This document shows, one piece after another, positions 48,922 to 58,473 of a stretch of 64,000 bases of DNA. Both the position numbers and the translations under genes were made by a program. The first letter of the stretch is position 1. Every line of letters begins with the position of its first letter. Under the pieces are notes generated by a model. It searched no databases. It was given only the letters and a program-made list of their open reading frames with translations, and had not been told where the DNA came from. This stretch comes from Candidatus Iainarchaeum sp. (GTDB lineage: Archaea; Iainarchaeota; Iainarchaeia; Iainarchaeales; UBA10219). The DNA lies in contig JAGVWE010000005.1 of NCBI GenBank assembly GCA_018304425.1, positions 64,001 to 128,000 of the forward strand, given 5' to 3'.

Positions 48922-50424
48922 ATGAGGCCAAGCCGGGTAGCAGCCATTCTTTTCCTGCTGGTGGGGGGCACGGTTTCCACCCAGGCACTGCCCCTGATTC
49001 CCGCGGATTGCCAGGGCTTCCCGGGAGACGTGGAAGCCTGCCAGCTGGTGCTCGACGAAAACAACCTCTCGCTGGGGGAAAAAAAGGAGTTGTTCGCCGA
49101 GCTCTGGATCGGAAACGACCTGCTGCCCAACCACGCGGCCATCCTGGAATGGGATGACAACATCCTGGTGGGCAGCCCACCGAGCGGCACCCTGCCGCAA
49201 AGCAACCTGGTCATAAAGAATGCCTGGATCCGGTTCCTCTACGTGCTGCCCGCGGTGTACGACAAAACGGACGGCCAGTGGCTGCTGCCCAAAAACATGA
49301 CGGCCAAGCTGCGGTACAACTATGGCGTGGTGGCGCCGTTTGGCACCGAGCCAGGGGATTGCCTGACGAATTACTCGGTGGCCGATGAGGACTCCTCCCT
49401 CCGCGTCACCCGGAATGGCTCCTACCTTGGTTCCAGCCTGAACCCCAGCATCCAAACCGTGCCAGGCACGAACACCCTGGCCGCGGAACTGCAAGTGGTG
49501 GCCAGCATCCTGGTCCTTCATTATGACTACCAAACCGTGTGCACGGCCCATGACCCGGTTACCGGCGCCTGCACGCAGACCGCGCAAGTGTGCCAGCAGT
49601 CCTCCAGCGAGGTCAGGGACTATTACCTCACGGTGAGCGATTCGTTCACCGGCATCCGGCAGGACTTCGATTACGCGCTGCAGTTCCGGTACGAGGACCT
49701 CAACGGCTTGCGGCAGGCCCACCTGGAATGGTCCACCACAGCTCCGATGAACGAGCTCTTGTTGGACCTGGATGGTGCCACCTATTCCCTGAGCGAGGCC
49801 GCGTATGGCGTCAAGCGGAGGCTCTCCCCGTATGACTTCCTCTACCTGGAGCGGACCCGCAAGGAAAGCAGGAAGAAATCCGGTTTGGTCGAGCTGGCCT
49901 ACGAGCGAAGGCTCTCCAGCGGCGTGTACGCCTATAACCTCACGCTGGGCCTGGACCAGAAACCCGAGCAATGCGCCCTCAGACTCCTCAGCGACTTCAA
50001 CGAATTCAATGAAAGCAGCCAATGCGTGTTCTTGGACCTGAACGCAACCGCCCTGACCCTGGCACTGGACAAGGCCGACTATGACTTCCAGGAACCCATG
50101 GCCATCCAGGTGAACCTCTCACGGCCGGGAGGCGTGCCCTTGCCGGGAAAAAACATTTCCATCAAGTACGGCGAAAAAACCGCTTACGGGATTACTAACA
50201 ACGACGGCAATGCGTCCTTTGCCATCACGGCCAGGGAGTCGTATGGGCTGGTGCAGGCCTTCTTCGAATCGGATGGCAGCTTTGCCTCGGCCAAGGCCGC
50301 AAAGCGGGCCGTGCTGCGCACGAAAGCCAACTGGGACTTGATGGTCCTCGTGACAGGCTATTTCGCGGCCAACGTTTTCATTTTCCTGCTAATCCAGCGG
50401 TATCTCGGCAAGTGGCTGGATTAG
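48922..50424 (+). CDS. exported surface protein with Ig-like C-terminal domain and C-terminal TM anchor
   Basis: Signal peptide, Cys pairs, ITNNDGNASF beta-sandwich-like segment, terminal TM. Confidence 0.7.
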   Translation: MRPSRVAAILFLLVGGTVSTQALPLIPADCQGFPGDVEACQLVLDENNLSLGEKKELFAELWIGNDLLPNHAAILEWDDNILVGSPPSGTLPQSNLVIKNAWIRFLYVLPAVYDKTDGQWLLPKNMTAKLRYNYGVVAPFGTEPGDCLTNYSVADEDSSLRVTRNGSYLGSSLNPSIQTVPGTNTLAAELQVVASILVLHYDYQTVCTAHDPVTGACTQTAQVCQQSSSEVRDYYLTVSDSFTGIRQDFDYALQFRYEDLNGLRQAHLEWSTTAPMNELLLDLDGATYSLSEAAYGVKRRLSPYDFLYLERTRKESRKKSGLVELAYERRLSSGVYAYNLTLGLDQKPEQCALRLLSDFNEFNESSQCVFLDLNATALTLALDKADYDFQEPMAIQVNLSRPGGVPLPGKNISIKYGEKTAYGITNNDGNASFAITARESYGLVQAFFESDGSFASAKAAKRAVLRTKANWDLMVLVTGYFAANVFIFLLIQRYLGKWLD

Positions 50425-50486
50425 GTTTTAAATCACCTTTATAGAATGGAATTATATAATGGAATTCGCATAATTGGGTGGGTTTT

Positions 50487-51416
50487 ATGGGGCACAGAAC
50501 CTTGGCCGTCCTGGTTTTCCTCCTGCTCTTGTCGCAGGCCTCCGCCCAGTTTGTGGAAGAAATCCGGGACATCCCGCAGGGCACGGCCGATGCGATCGTC
50601 GCCAAGCAAAAACAGGAGCTGGTCCTGTTCATCAACCCGTTCCTGAGCGCGATAAAGACGTTCATCCTCTCCAACCCCAATCCCTTGGACCTGTTCGACC
50701 ACTGGAAGCTGATTGTCTCCGTAATTTCGGCCTTCTACATCCTGTTGTTCCTGGTGGCGGGGTTGAAGTTCGTGCTCGGTGCCTATGACGTTGGCCAACG
50801 CGAGGAGGCAAAGGTCTGGTTCAAGAACGCCTTGTTCCTGGTCATCGTCTTGAACGCCTCGTACCTGCTTTACTCCATCCTCCTGGACCTGGGCTCCGGG
50901 GTTTCCCTGGTGTTCTGGGACGCCAAGTTCGAGAGCCTCTTCAGCTTTGAAGCCATCGAGTCCCTGAACCTGTTCAGCCTCTACTACTTGGCGTTCAGTT
51001 CCTCGCTTTTGTGGTTCACGCTGTTCATGCGGTATGCCCTGCTGCTCATCGGCGTGGTCATTTTCCCGCTGGGCTTGTTCCTGTTCTTCATCCCGCCCAT
51101 GAAAACCTATGGTTCCGCCATCCTGAACATCTTCGGCTCCGCGGTCTTCATCCAGCTCATCGACACGATCACCCTGAAGGTCATGGACCTGACCCTGGCC
51201 GGGCTCTCCAGCCCGGACTTCAAGTTCCTCATCCCGAGCACGGCCTACTTCATCATCTTCTCCATCAACCTGGCCATCCTCTTGATTGCGGCGTTGCGCG
51301 GCGTGCACTCCGTCAAGGCGTACTCGCCGAACATCGCGAACGTCGTCAGCTACATCACCCCGCCGAGCTCCTACCTGAGCCCCGTGGAAAAGCCCCTGAG
51401 CTACGCCAAGGAGTAA
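50487..51416 (+). CDS. VirB6/TrbL-like polytopic membrane protein
   Basis: About 6-7 TM segments, R..LL...V..FPL pattern, position between pilin and VirB4. Confidence 0.6.
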   Translation: MGHRTLAVLVFLLLLSQASAQFVEEIRDIPQGTADAIVAKQKQELVLFINPFLSAIKTFILSNPNPLDLFDHWKLIVSVISAFYILLFLVAGLKFVLGAYDVGQREEAKVWFKNALFLVIVLNASYLLYSILLDLGSGVSLVFWDAKFESLFSFEAIESLNLFSLYYLAFSSSLLWFTLFMRYALLLIGVVIFPLGLFLFFIPPMKTYGSAILNIFGSAVFIQLIDTITLKVMDLTLAGLSSPDFKFLIPSTAYFIIFSINLAILLIAALRGVHSVKAYSPNIANVVSYITPPSSYLSPVEKPLSYAKE

Positions 51417-51422
51417 CGCTTC

Positions 51423-54077
51423 ATGCCTGCCTATGAAATCCCGCAGAACCTCAAATATGAGGAAAAAATAATCGCGAACCTGAGCTTTGCCCAGTTGTTC
51501 TGGATTGCCTTGTTCTTCGGCACTGCCGCCTTCATCTTCCTCAGCGAGGGCATTGACTGGGGCTTCGAGGCCGAAATCGTCATCGGCAGCCTGCTGATGT
51601 TCATGGGCCTGGGCTTCGCCTTCTTCGACTTCATGGGCTACCTCCAGGCATTCTACACCTACGCCAAATCCGTTCACGAGACCAAGGGCAGCGAGGAAGA
51701 CAAGGCCCGGAAGCTCGAGAAGTTCATGGAAGTGGACCGGATTGAGGCGGACACGATTTACCTCAAGGACGGCAGCATGCGCGCCCTCCTCCAGGTGCTG
51801 CCCCTCAACTTCACGATTCTCTCGGAAATCGAGCAAGTGGCCATCATCTCGGCCTACAAGGCCTTCCTGAACTCCCTGGACTTCCCCGTGCAAATCGTGA
51901 TGCGGACCGTGAAAATGAACCTCGAAGACTACTTGTACAACCTCAAGAAGGGAGTGGAAGAACACGAGAACGACCAGCTGCTGGAACGGTTCTACTCCTT
52001 CCGCGGCTTCGTCCAGCAATTCATCGAGAAAAACAACGTCAAGAACCGCTTGTTCTACGTCGTGGTTCCATTCGATTCCCTTGCTTCCACGCCCCCCATC
52101 GACCGCCTGCTGGGCGGCAAGGACCGGGCAGGCAAAGGCGAAGAGGAAAAGGCGCTCAACAAGGAACACGCCGTCAACCAGCTGGACGCCCGGGTCAAGC
52201 TCTGCCAGGAAAAACTCCGCAAATGCGGCTTGACCGTGAAAAGACTCGCCACCGAGGAAATCAACCAGCTGCTGTCCAGTTACTTCGAGGACACGGGCAA
52301 GCGCAAGCGCGCGGACTGGCTCAAGCCCACCTACTTGAAAAACGAGTTCAACCGCATCCAAGTCAACGAGGAATTCAACCGAGTGGTGGCGGCCCACGCC
52401 TACCCCCGGCTGGTGCGGGAAGGCTGGCTGAACCCCATCATCCTCGCGGAAGGCAACTTCGACCTCGTCATGTACGTTACTCCCACGCCCCTGGAATACG
52501 TGTTGTCCAACCTCAACCGGGAACTCATCAAGCAGGAGTCCGACATGCTGGCAGCCGAGTCCAAGGGCCTGGTCAACCCCCTCCTCAAAGTCCAGTACAA
52601 CGACACCTACCGCACCCTGGAAAAGCTGCAGAAAGGCGAGGAAAAACTGTTCGACCTGGCCCTCTACGTGAACGTGAAGGCCAAGGGCAAACGCGAACTC
52701 GACCTGTTGACGCGCCGCATCACCGCGGACCTGAACTCCATCCTCGTCATCCCCCGCGTGCCCCTCATGAAGATGCAGCAGGCCATGCAGTCCATTTACC
52801 CCGTGTTCAGCGACAAGCTGCGCGTGAACCGCAACATCCCCAGCAACGCGCTCTCGGCCTGCTTCCCGTTCACGAGCAGCTTCCTCAACTTCGACGAAAC
52901 CGGCGTCATGTTCGCGGTCAACAAGGAAAACAAGGTGCCCATCATCCTGGACGTGTACAAGTTCGTGAACTACAACGGGCTCGTGCTCGGCACCTCGGGC
53001 GGGGGAAAGAGCTTTGCCGTCAAACTCTACATCCTGAGGAACTTCCTGAAAGGCATCAAGACCATGGTCATCGACCCCCAAGGGGAATACTCGGAGCTCA
53101 TCGGGGATTTGGGAGGGCAACTCGTCGAAATCAGCCGGGAAAGCGAGACCATCATCAACCCCTTCGACCTGATGGGCGGCGACTTCGGGGAGAAAACGCT
53201 TTCCCTGATGGACCTGTTCCGCCTCATGCTCGGCGAGCTCACCGAAGAACAGAAGAACCTCCTGGACAAGGCCGTGCTCTCGATTTACGAGGAAAAAGGC
53301 ATCATCCCCAACGACAAGGCCACGTGGTCGAAGACCCCGCCCACCCTCGGAGACCTGCACGCGTTCATCCAGCGGCACAAAAAGCACGCGGAACACAACG
53401 AGTTACGCGATTTGATTACCCTGGAGAACCGGGTGCGGCTGTACACGGAGGGCGCGTTCAGCTTCATGAACCGGCAGACCAAGCTGGACTTCGCGAGCGC
53501 GAACATCTCCTTCAACATCGAGAAGATGCCCAAGCAGGTCAAGCCCATCATGATGTTCCTCATCCTGGAATTCGTCGTCAACAAGATGCGCGAGGACAAG
53601 AGCCGGAAGCTGCTGGTCGTGGACGAGGCCTGGAGCCTCCTCCGACACGGCGAGCAAGCCGATTACCTGTTCGAGCTCATCAAGACCTCGAGGAAATACG
53701 CGTTGGGCATCGTCATCATCACGCAAGAGGTCACCGACCTGCTGGCCACCGAGGCAGGCAACACGATTCTGGCGAACACCTCTTGGAAGATACTGTTACG
53801 GCAGGAGCCTGCCGTCATCAAGACCCTGGCCGACAAGTTCAACCTGAACATCGAAGAAGAAAACTACCTGCTCACGGCGGACATCGGGGAAGGCCTGTTG
53901 TTCGCCATGAACGAGCACATCCCCATCAAAGTCATCGCCTCGGAAGAAGAACACGAACTCATCACGACCAACCCCGACGAGCTGGAGGCCCGGAAAAAGG
54001 CCCGCATGAACTGGGCCACCGGGAAAAAAGAGGGCCCCCTCCAGAAGGTCACGGGCAAGCACTGGGCAAAGGCCTGA
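51423..54077 (+). CDS. virB4: PrgI/VirB3-VirB4 fusion ATPase (type IV secretion)
   Basis: N-terminal YEIPQNL.YEEKII.NLS..Q plus 2 TM (PrgI-like); GTSGGGKS, IDPQGEY, INPFD, LLVVDEAW, SRKY, ITQ. Confidence 0.85.
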   Translation: MPAYEIPQNLKYEEKIIANLSFAQLFWIALFFGTAAFIFLSEGIDWGFEAEIVIGSLLMFMGLGFAFFDFMGYLQAFYTYAKSVHETKGSEEDKARKLEKFMEVDRIEADTIYLKDGSMRALLQVLPLNFTILSEIEQVAIISAYKAFLNSLDFPVQIVMRTVKMNLEDYLYNLKKGVEEHENDQLLERFYSFRGFVQQFIEKNNVKNRLFYVVVPFDSLASTPPIDRLLGGKDRAGKGEEEKALNKEHAVNQLDARVKLCQEKLRKCGLTVKRLATEEINQLLSSYFEDTGKRKRADWLKPTYLKNEFNRIQVNEEFNRVVAAHAYPRLVREGWLNPIILAEGNFDLVMYVTPTPLEYVLSNLNRELIKQESDMLAAESKGLVNPLLKVQYNDTYRTLEKLQKGEEKLFDLALYVNVKAKGKRELDLLTRRITADLNSILVIPRVPLMKMQQAMQSIYPVFSDKLRVNRNIPSNALSACFPFTSSFLNFDETGVMFAVNKENKVPIILDVYKFVNYNGLVLGTSGGGKSFAVKLYILRNFLKGIKTMVIDPQGEYSELIGDLGGQLVEISRESETIINPFDLMGGDFGEKTLSLMDLFRLMLGELTEEQKNLLDKAVLSIYEEKGIIPNDKATWSKTPPTLGDLHAFIQRHKKHAEHNELRDLITLENRVRLYTEGAFSFMNRQTKLDFASANISFNIEKMPKQVKPIMMFLILEFVVNKMREDKSRKLLVVDEAWSLLRHGEQADYLFELIKTSRKYALGIVIITQEVTDLLATEAGNTILANTSWKILLRQEPAVIKTLADKFNLNIEEENYLLTADIGEGLLFAMNEHIPIKVIASEEEHELITTNPDELEARKKARMNWATGKKEGPLQKVTGKHWAKA

Positions 54078-54186
54078 ACCCCAACCGCACCGGAAATGTG
54101 GTCTACTTTCGTTTTTAAACCCCTCAAAGAGTAGTCATATGGCTAGCTCCTTGCAAAAAAACAATTCCCACCCTGATGGGGGCGAG

Positions 54187-54277
54187 AAAAAAAAGCTGCC
54201 TGATGAGCAGCAGTGGGCTAACTGCCCTTCCCGGGTTCGCCCGTCCTGGCCGGGCCAGGGAATCCCGACCCCACCGC
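54187..54277 (-). ncRNA. candidate structured non-coding RNA (partial resemblance to the 5S rRNA beta domain)
   Basis: TTTTTAAA box about 20 nt upstream; GCGGTGGG/CCCACTGC closing helix; internal hairpins; hairpin plus T8 at the 3' end. Confidence 0.45.
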
Positions 54278-54354
54278 GTAGCCCCGCTTAAGCGCCTTTA
54301 AAAACCTTTACGTCGTATGGTGCGTATTATTCTGCCTTATTCGAGGGAATTGGA

Positions 54355-55065
54355 TTGGATTGGAGGAAGATTTTCACGCCCCAGGGGCTGCTGTTCACCG
54401 TGCTCTTCCTAGCTATGGTCATGGCCTCCAACCAGCTGAATTTTTCGTCCCTGCTTGGCAAACCCAACCAGTTTTTCACGTTCTTCCAGTTCATCGGGCC
54501 CCTGGCCGGCGGCTTCCTCGGCCCCATTGCTGGTGCCCTGCTCGTGTTCGCCGCGCAACTGGTGGATGCCTTCCTCCACGGCAAGGCCCTCGACCTTTCC
54601 ACTATTGGCTGGCTGCTGCCCATGGTCTTCGCCAGCATCTACTTCGGCAGCAGGCGGAATTCCTCGAGCCGCATCATCTCGTTTGCGGCCATCCTCCTGT
54701 TCCTCCTGCACCCGGTGGGGCGAACGGCCTGGTTTTACTCGCTGTACTGGTTCATCCCCGTGCTGTGCTGGCTGTTCCGCAAGCACTTGTTCGCCCGCAG
54801 TCTGGGCGCAACCTTCACCGCGCACGCCATCGGCGGCGCGCTCTGGGTGTGGACCGTGCCCATGACCACCGAGCAATGGATGGCACTCATCCCCATCGTG
54901 GCCTACGAGCGGCTGTTGTTCGCGGCCGGCATCAGCGTTTCCTACATCGCGTTGAACACCCTGTTAAGCAAGGCGGCCTCGCTGCTGCCCTACGACCTCG
55001 TCGAAGTCAACCCAAAATACGTTTTGTCGAGAGAAATGCTGGGCAAAACATTCGGCATGGGATAA
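54355..55065 (+). CDS. ECF-type S-component-like membrane protein, substrate unknown
   Basis: About 6 TM segments; FTFFQFIGPLAGGFLGPIAG; TTG start. Confidence 0.65.
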   Translation: MDWRKIFTPQGLLFTVLFLAMVMASNQLNFSSLLGKPNQFFTFFQFIGPLAGGFLGPIAGALLVFAAQLVDAFLHGKALDLSTIGWLLPMVFASIYFGSRRNSSSRIISFAAILLFLLHPVGRTAWFYSLYWFIPVLCWLFRKHLFARSLGATFTAHAIGGALWVWTVPMTTEQWMALIPIVAYERLLFAAGISVSYIALNTLLSKAASLLPYDLVEVNPKYVLSREMLGKTFGMG

Positions 55066-55123
55066 GATGAACGTTATTATTCCTTTCGCCCAATGCTTTG
55101 TTACACTAAAGGAGTGAAAGCGA

Positions 55124-55255
55124 ATGGCTACCACCTCAAAGGACTCCAGCCGCTTCAAGAAGACGCACGCCCGCCAGCGATGGAAGTGGAAGAAGAAAAA
55201 GATGCGCCGCAAGAAGCGGAAGAAGAAGTACCTGCGATACCGCGCGAAGACGTAA
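55124..55255 (+). CDS. rpl41e: ribosomal protein eL41 (eS32), N-terminally extended
   Basis: MATTSKDSSRFKKTHARQRWKWKKKKMRRKKRKKKYLRYRAKT; SD GGAGTGA; below the ORF-track cut-off. Confidence 0.8.
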   Translation: MATTSKDSSRFKKTHARQRWKWKKKKMRRKKRKKKYLRYRAKT

Positions 55256-55350
55256 ACAGCCGCTTGCGTGCGGCTGCGACGCATACGTGCCCCACCATGC
55301 CCGTGGTGGGGCGGTAGTATTTTTTCCGCGGGTTTACCGGCTTTTTTCTT

Positions 55351-56385
55351 TTATTTTTTCCCCGCCCTGCCATTGGAATAGGCGCCTACCAGGGCGTCCA
55401 TGGTACGGGGGATGTCCACGAACGGCGTGGTCAAAGCCGTGTGAAGGGCTGCTGCATGCGGGACGCCCCGACGCAAGGCACCTTTGAGGGCGTGAAGGGT
55501 GTCGCGCGTGAGCCCAACCACGCGACGCGAGTCAAAGGCATCCCGGATGACCGGCCCCCAGGCACGGTGGCTGTCCTGCAGAAAGAAGTCTCGCCAGGGC
55601 AGGAGCATGGGGCTTGTCACCTGCCGCATGGGAATGACCCATTCTTTCGGTGCAGTGAAGCACGCGAGGATTTCATCTTTTAGGAGGTACTCGTGGATGA
55701 ACTGCCGGGACAATTTCCGGAAGCGCCGGACATTGGATGGAGTGAACTTCCGGCCAACCAGGGCCGAGAGCTGGTCCGCCACAGTCCCGGAACGGGTGTT
55801 CCCATGGTGTCCCTCCAAATTGAAGAAGCCGTGCAACTCCTCGTGGGGGATATTGGTCGCGGCCTTCTCCCAGTTGGGACCGGTGAGGGACACGACGGCA
55901 TTGTACAACTCCGTAGGCTTGATTGCGTGGTGCTCGTAGAAGATTTGCGCTGCCAATGCCTTATTGGCGATGTTGCGTTCCGTGTGCGGAACGTAAAAAA
56001 CGATGAGCCCGCCGTGCACGATGTAGTCTACGGGCCCTTTCGGCAGGCGGCCGAAGACGTGCAGGAAGAGCCTCGCCGGGTTCTTGCGGCCATCCCTTGT
56101 GTAACCATGGAGGGCGACCGCCTTCTGCACGGCGCGGTTGCGTGCCTCGAACCGGCGGGCGGCGCCACGAATGCGTTGCGCGAAACGGCTTCCCAGCCGC
56201 TGCTCATGGATGGACCTAATGTCTTCGGCGTGCCCCAGCGCCTGCCCCACTGCACGCGAAACCGGGAAAGCGTCCCGGCCGTTGGCGGTCACCAGCGCGC
56301 CGTGGAAAGCCGCGAGGGCCTCGCCGCGCAGGATGCGGCGCTCGGACAGGGAAACCCTGCTATGCCCATTGGTTGCTCGACGCAT
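55351..56385 (-). CDS. hypothetical Arg-rich protein with zincin-like HExxH motif
   Basis: PHEELH and downstream LKDEILA. Confidence 0.6.
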   Translation of the reverse strand: MRRATNGHSRVSLSERRILRGEALAAFHGALVTANGRDAFPVSRAVGQALGHAEDIRSIHEQRLGSRFAQRIRGAARRFEARNRAVQKAVALHGYTRDGRKNPARLFLHVFGRLPKGPVDYIVHGGLIVFYVPHTERNIANKALAAQIFYEHHAIKPTELYNAVVSLTGPNWEKAATNIPHEELHGFFNLEGHHGNTRSGTVADQLSALVGRKFTPSNVRRFRKLSRQFIHEYLLKDEILACFTAPKEWVIPMRQVTSPMLLPWRDFFLQDSHRAWGPVIRDAFDSRRVVGLTRDTLHALKGALRRGVPHAAALHTALTTPFVDIPRTMDALVGAYSNGRAGKK

Positions 56386-56431
56386 GAATGATAGATAAGC
56401 ACGACCGAAGAATAAAAGCCTTGCGTTGGGT

Positions 56432-57325
56432 TTACGCCCAGAACGCTAGGGCAAGGAAGCCGAGGATGAACCCAATCGCGTGCAGGTAGAGGACGCGGTA
56501 CATGTTTTTGACGTCCATGTGTTTGGGGTCGGCGAGGGTCTTCCAGTAGACGGGCGTCAACAACAGCGAGCCGATGCCCAGCCACACAAACTTCAGGGGC
56601 AGGATGCCGTGGTAGAGGGCAAGGAAGTAGGAGACGACGCCGACGAAGATGGCGAAGTGGGCAATCAACTTGATTTCCTGTTCGCCGAACAACACGATGC
56701 TTGACTTATACCCCACCGTCTTCTCGACCTTCTTGCTGCCGAGCTTGTACAGCGTGTAACCACCGAACTGGATGCCGACGAGGAAGGCGAGCAACAGCCA
56801 GGGCGCGTTGAACGCCGGGTTGGCGCCTTCTCCGAACAACACCCACCCCGAGTAGAAGCGCAGGACGGGGTTGACGGCGCTGCCGGAAACCAAATCAACC
56901 ACCGGCCGCTTCTTGAACTCGAAGGGCTTCACCGTGTAAAGGACTTGGTTGACGAGCATGCCCAGGAGGCAAACGGCGAACAACGGGTTTCGCAGGATGT
57001 AGACGGCGAGGTAGAACGCCAGGGCGATGAGGAAGGCAGCGAGGCCAAGCGCGGCGCGCGGCGAAATCTGCCCGGAAGGGATGGGCCTGCGGCGCTTGAC
57101 GGGGTGCAGGGTGTCCTTGTGCCGGTCGGTGAAGTCATTGAGCGCGTACAAGCCGCCCCACAAGCAGGGCCCGACCGCGATGAACGCGAGGGCAAAAGTG
57201 AAGGGGTCGAAGGGCTGGAAGCCGTTGGCCACGATGGCTGCCAAGAGCATGTTGGCCAGGCTCTTCGACCACTCCAGGGGGCGCATCAGGACAAGGCTGC
57301 CGATAAAGTGATTCGATGAAGGCAC
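56432..57325 (-). CDS. UbiA-family prenyltransferase (decaprenyl-phosphate phosphoribosyltransferase-like)
   Basis: MRP.EW.K, NDFTD...D.LHP.K..RPIPSG; probable GTG start at 57325 downstream of TTATAAA. Confidence 0.82.
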   Translation of the reverse strand: MPSSNHFIGSLVLMRPLEWSKSLANMLLAAIVANGFQPFDPFTFALAFIAVGPCLWGGLYALNDFTDRHKDTLHPVKRRRPIPSGQISPRAALGLAAFLIALAFYLAVYILRNPLFAVCLLGMLVNQVLYTVKPFEFKKRPVVDLVSGSAVNPVLRFYSGWVLFGEGANPAFNAPWLLLAFLVGIQFGGYTLYKLGSKKVEKTVGYKSSIVLFGEQEIKLIAHFAIFVGVVSYFLALYHGILPLKFVWLGIGSLLLTPVYWKTLADPKHMDVKNMYRVLYLHAIGFILGFLALAFWA

Positions 57326-57359
57326 GGTATCGACCTGATGGGCGATTTCTTTATAATTG

Positions 57360-58127
57360 CTAAGGTGATTCCAAAAGGGCAATGGGGCTAGTGAGGGTAA
57401 TCGGCCGCCTAACAAGCACTCGATGACCCCCCAGGTCGCTCACTTTGCAGCCTGCTCGCCGCATGCCTCGCACAGTACGGGTGAAAGCAGGGCGCGAACC
57501 ATGGGCGATTTTCTCCAGATTCAACAAAGCCGCCCCGCCCGGACTTAGATGATTAAGCAGATTTTCGACGGAATATAAAACGTACCTAGAATGCTTCAGC
57601 GCAAGGGTAGAAATAATCACATCAAATCTTTTGCCGCCGAAAGCATGCGTTTCCATGAGGCCCGCCCAATAATTGGCAAGCAACTTCCGGTTCGCATGGA
57701 ACTGTTCGACTAAACTTCTGGCCTGGAAGTAGTCCTTATCCTCGCCGAAGACTAAGCGCCCGCTCGAAAAGCGCCATTTGTGACGATTCTTTTCCAATTC
57801 CTCCCTGCTGGGAAGTCGCACCAAGCCGATACCCGAAACATTTACCCTATCGCCAAAATGCTGCTTGAGTTCAGCCGCTGCTTGGGCCGTGCCACAACCC
57901 CCATCCAGCACCTCAACCGGCCGACCTGAGCGGAAAAATTCCCGCACTAAGTCCTTGACAGGGTAATGAAGCTCTCTATCATACTCGGGCAAACCGGCGT
58001 TCAATCGCCAGCCGTAGCCCCCGAAAGAGCCCGTTCGCGCTCGCCGCAGAAATGCAGCTAACTCATGCCTTTTTTGGTGGGTGGAAATACGACTGCCTAA
58101 CAGGCGTATGCGCCTGGGTTCGCCCAT
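57360..58127 (-). CDS. class I SAM-dependent methyltransferase
   Basis: VLDGGCGTA, FDVIIS, LSPGG. Confidence 0.8.
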   Translation of the reverse strand: MGEPRRIRLLGSRISTHQKRHELAAFLRRARTGSFGGYGWRLNAGLPEYDRELHYPVKDLVREFFRSGRPVEVLDGGCGTAQAAAELKQHFGDRVNVSGIGLVRLPSREELEKNRHKWRFSSGRLVFGEDKDYFQARSLVEQFHANRKLLANYWAGLMETHAFGGKRFDVIISTLALKHSRYVLYSVENLLNHLSPGGAALLNLEKIAHGSRPAFTRTVRGMRRAGCKVSDLGGHRVLVRRPITLTSPIALLESP

Positions 58128-58208
58128 AACATTTCAAATGCCGCCTACATTAATTAACGTTTGCCCTGAACGCAATGGAAGGCGTTAAAGGGGTGGCAAC
58201 CCGATAGG

Positions 58209-58240
58209 TTTATAAATTTAGGACACTATATTATATAGAA
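58209..58240 (+). promoter_or_regulatory. probable rRNA operon promoter
   Basis: TTTATAAA and TATATTATATA about 400 nt upstream of 16S. Confidence 0.5.
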
Positions 58241-58473
58241 TTCAGTCATTCAGCGATAAGCTCGAATACCGGATCTCTGATACTGGCAGCCAGCGAGTCA
58301 GCAATTCCTGGCATTTAACCAGTTGCATTCAGTAGGTTCCCGCAAGGGGATTTCCCAATACTGAATTGGCCCAGCATGCTACCAGAGGCTTTATGGCCTC
58401 TGCCGTCGGCGTGCGTTGGGCCCCTGGCCCCGAAAGGGGCGCGTGAGCACCCAAGCTGTTTTGGGTGTGAAGT

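Noticed and set aside
50439-53396. 985-aa minus-strand ORF and other long antisense ORFs (e.g. 23973-25925, 43856-45610, 3901-5247)
   Set aside because: They are shadows of high-GC3 coding genes on the opposite strand, with no recognisable motifs
54198-54265. CTGATGA as a hammerhead core and GGGCCAGGGAATCCCGACC as an FMN riboswitch start (+ strand)
   Set aside because: No stem II-GAAA follows, and the remaining FMN aptamer motifs are absent
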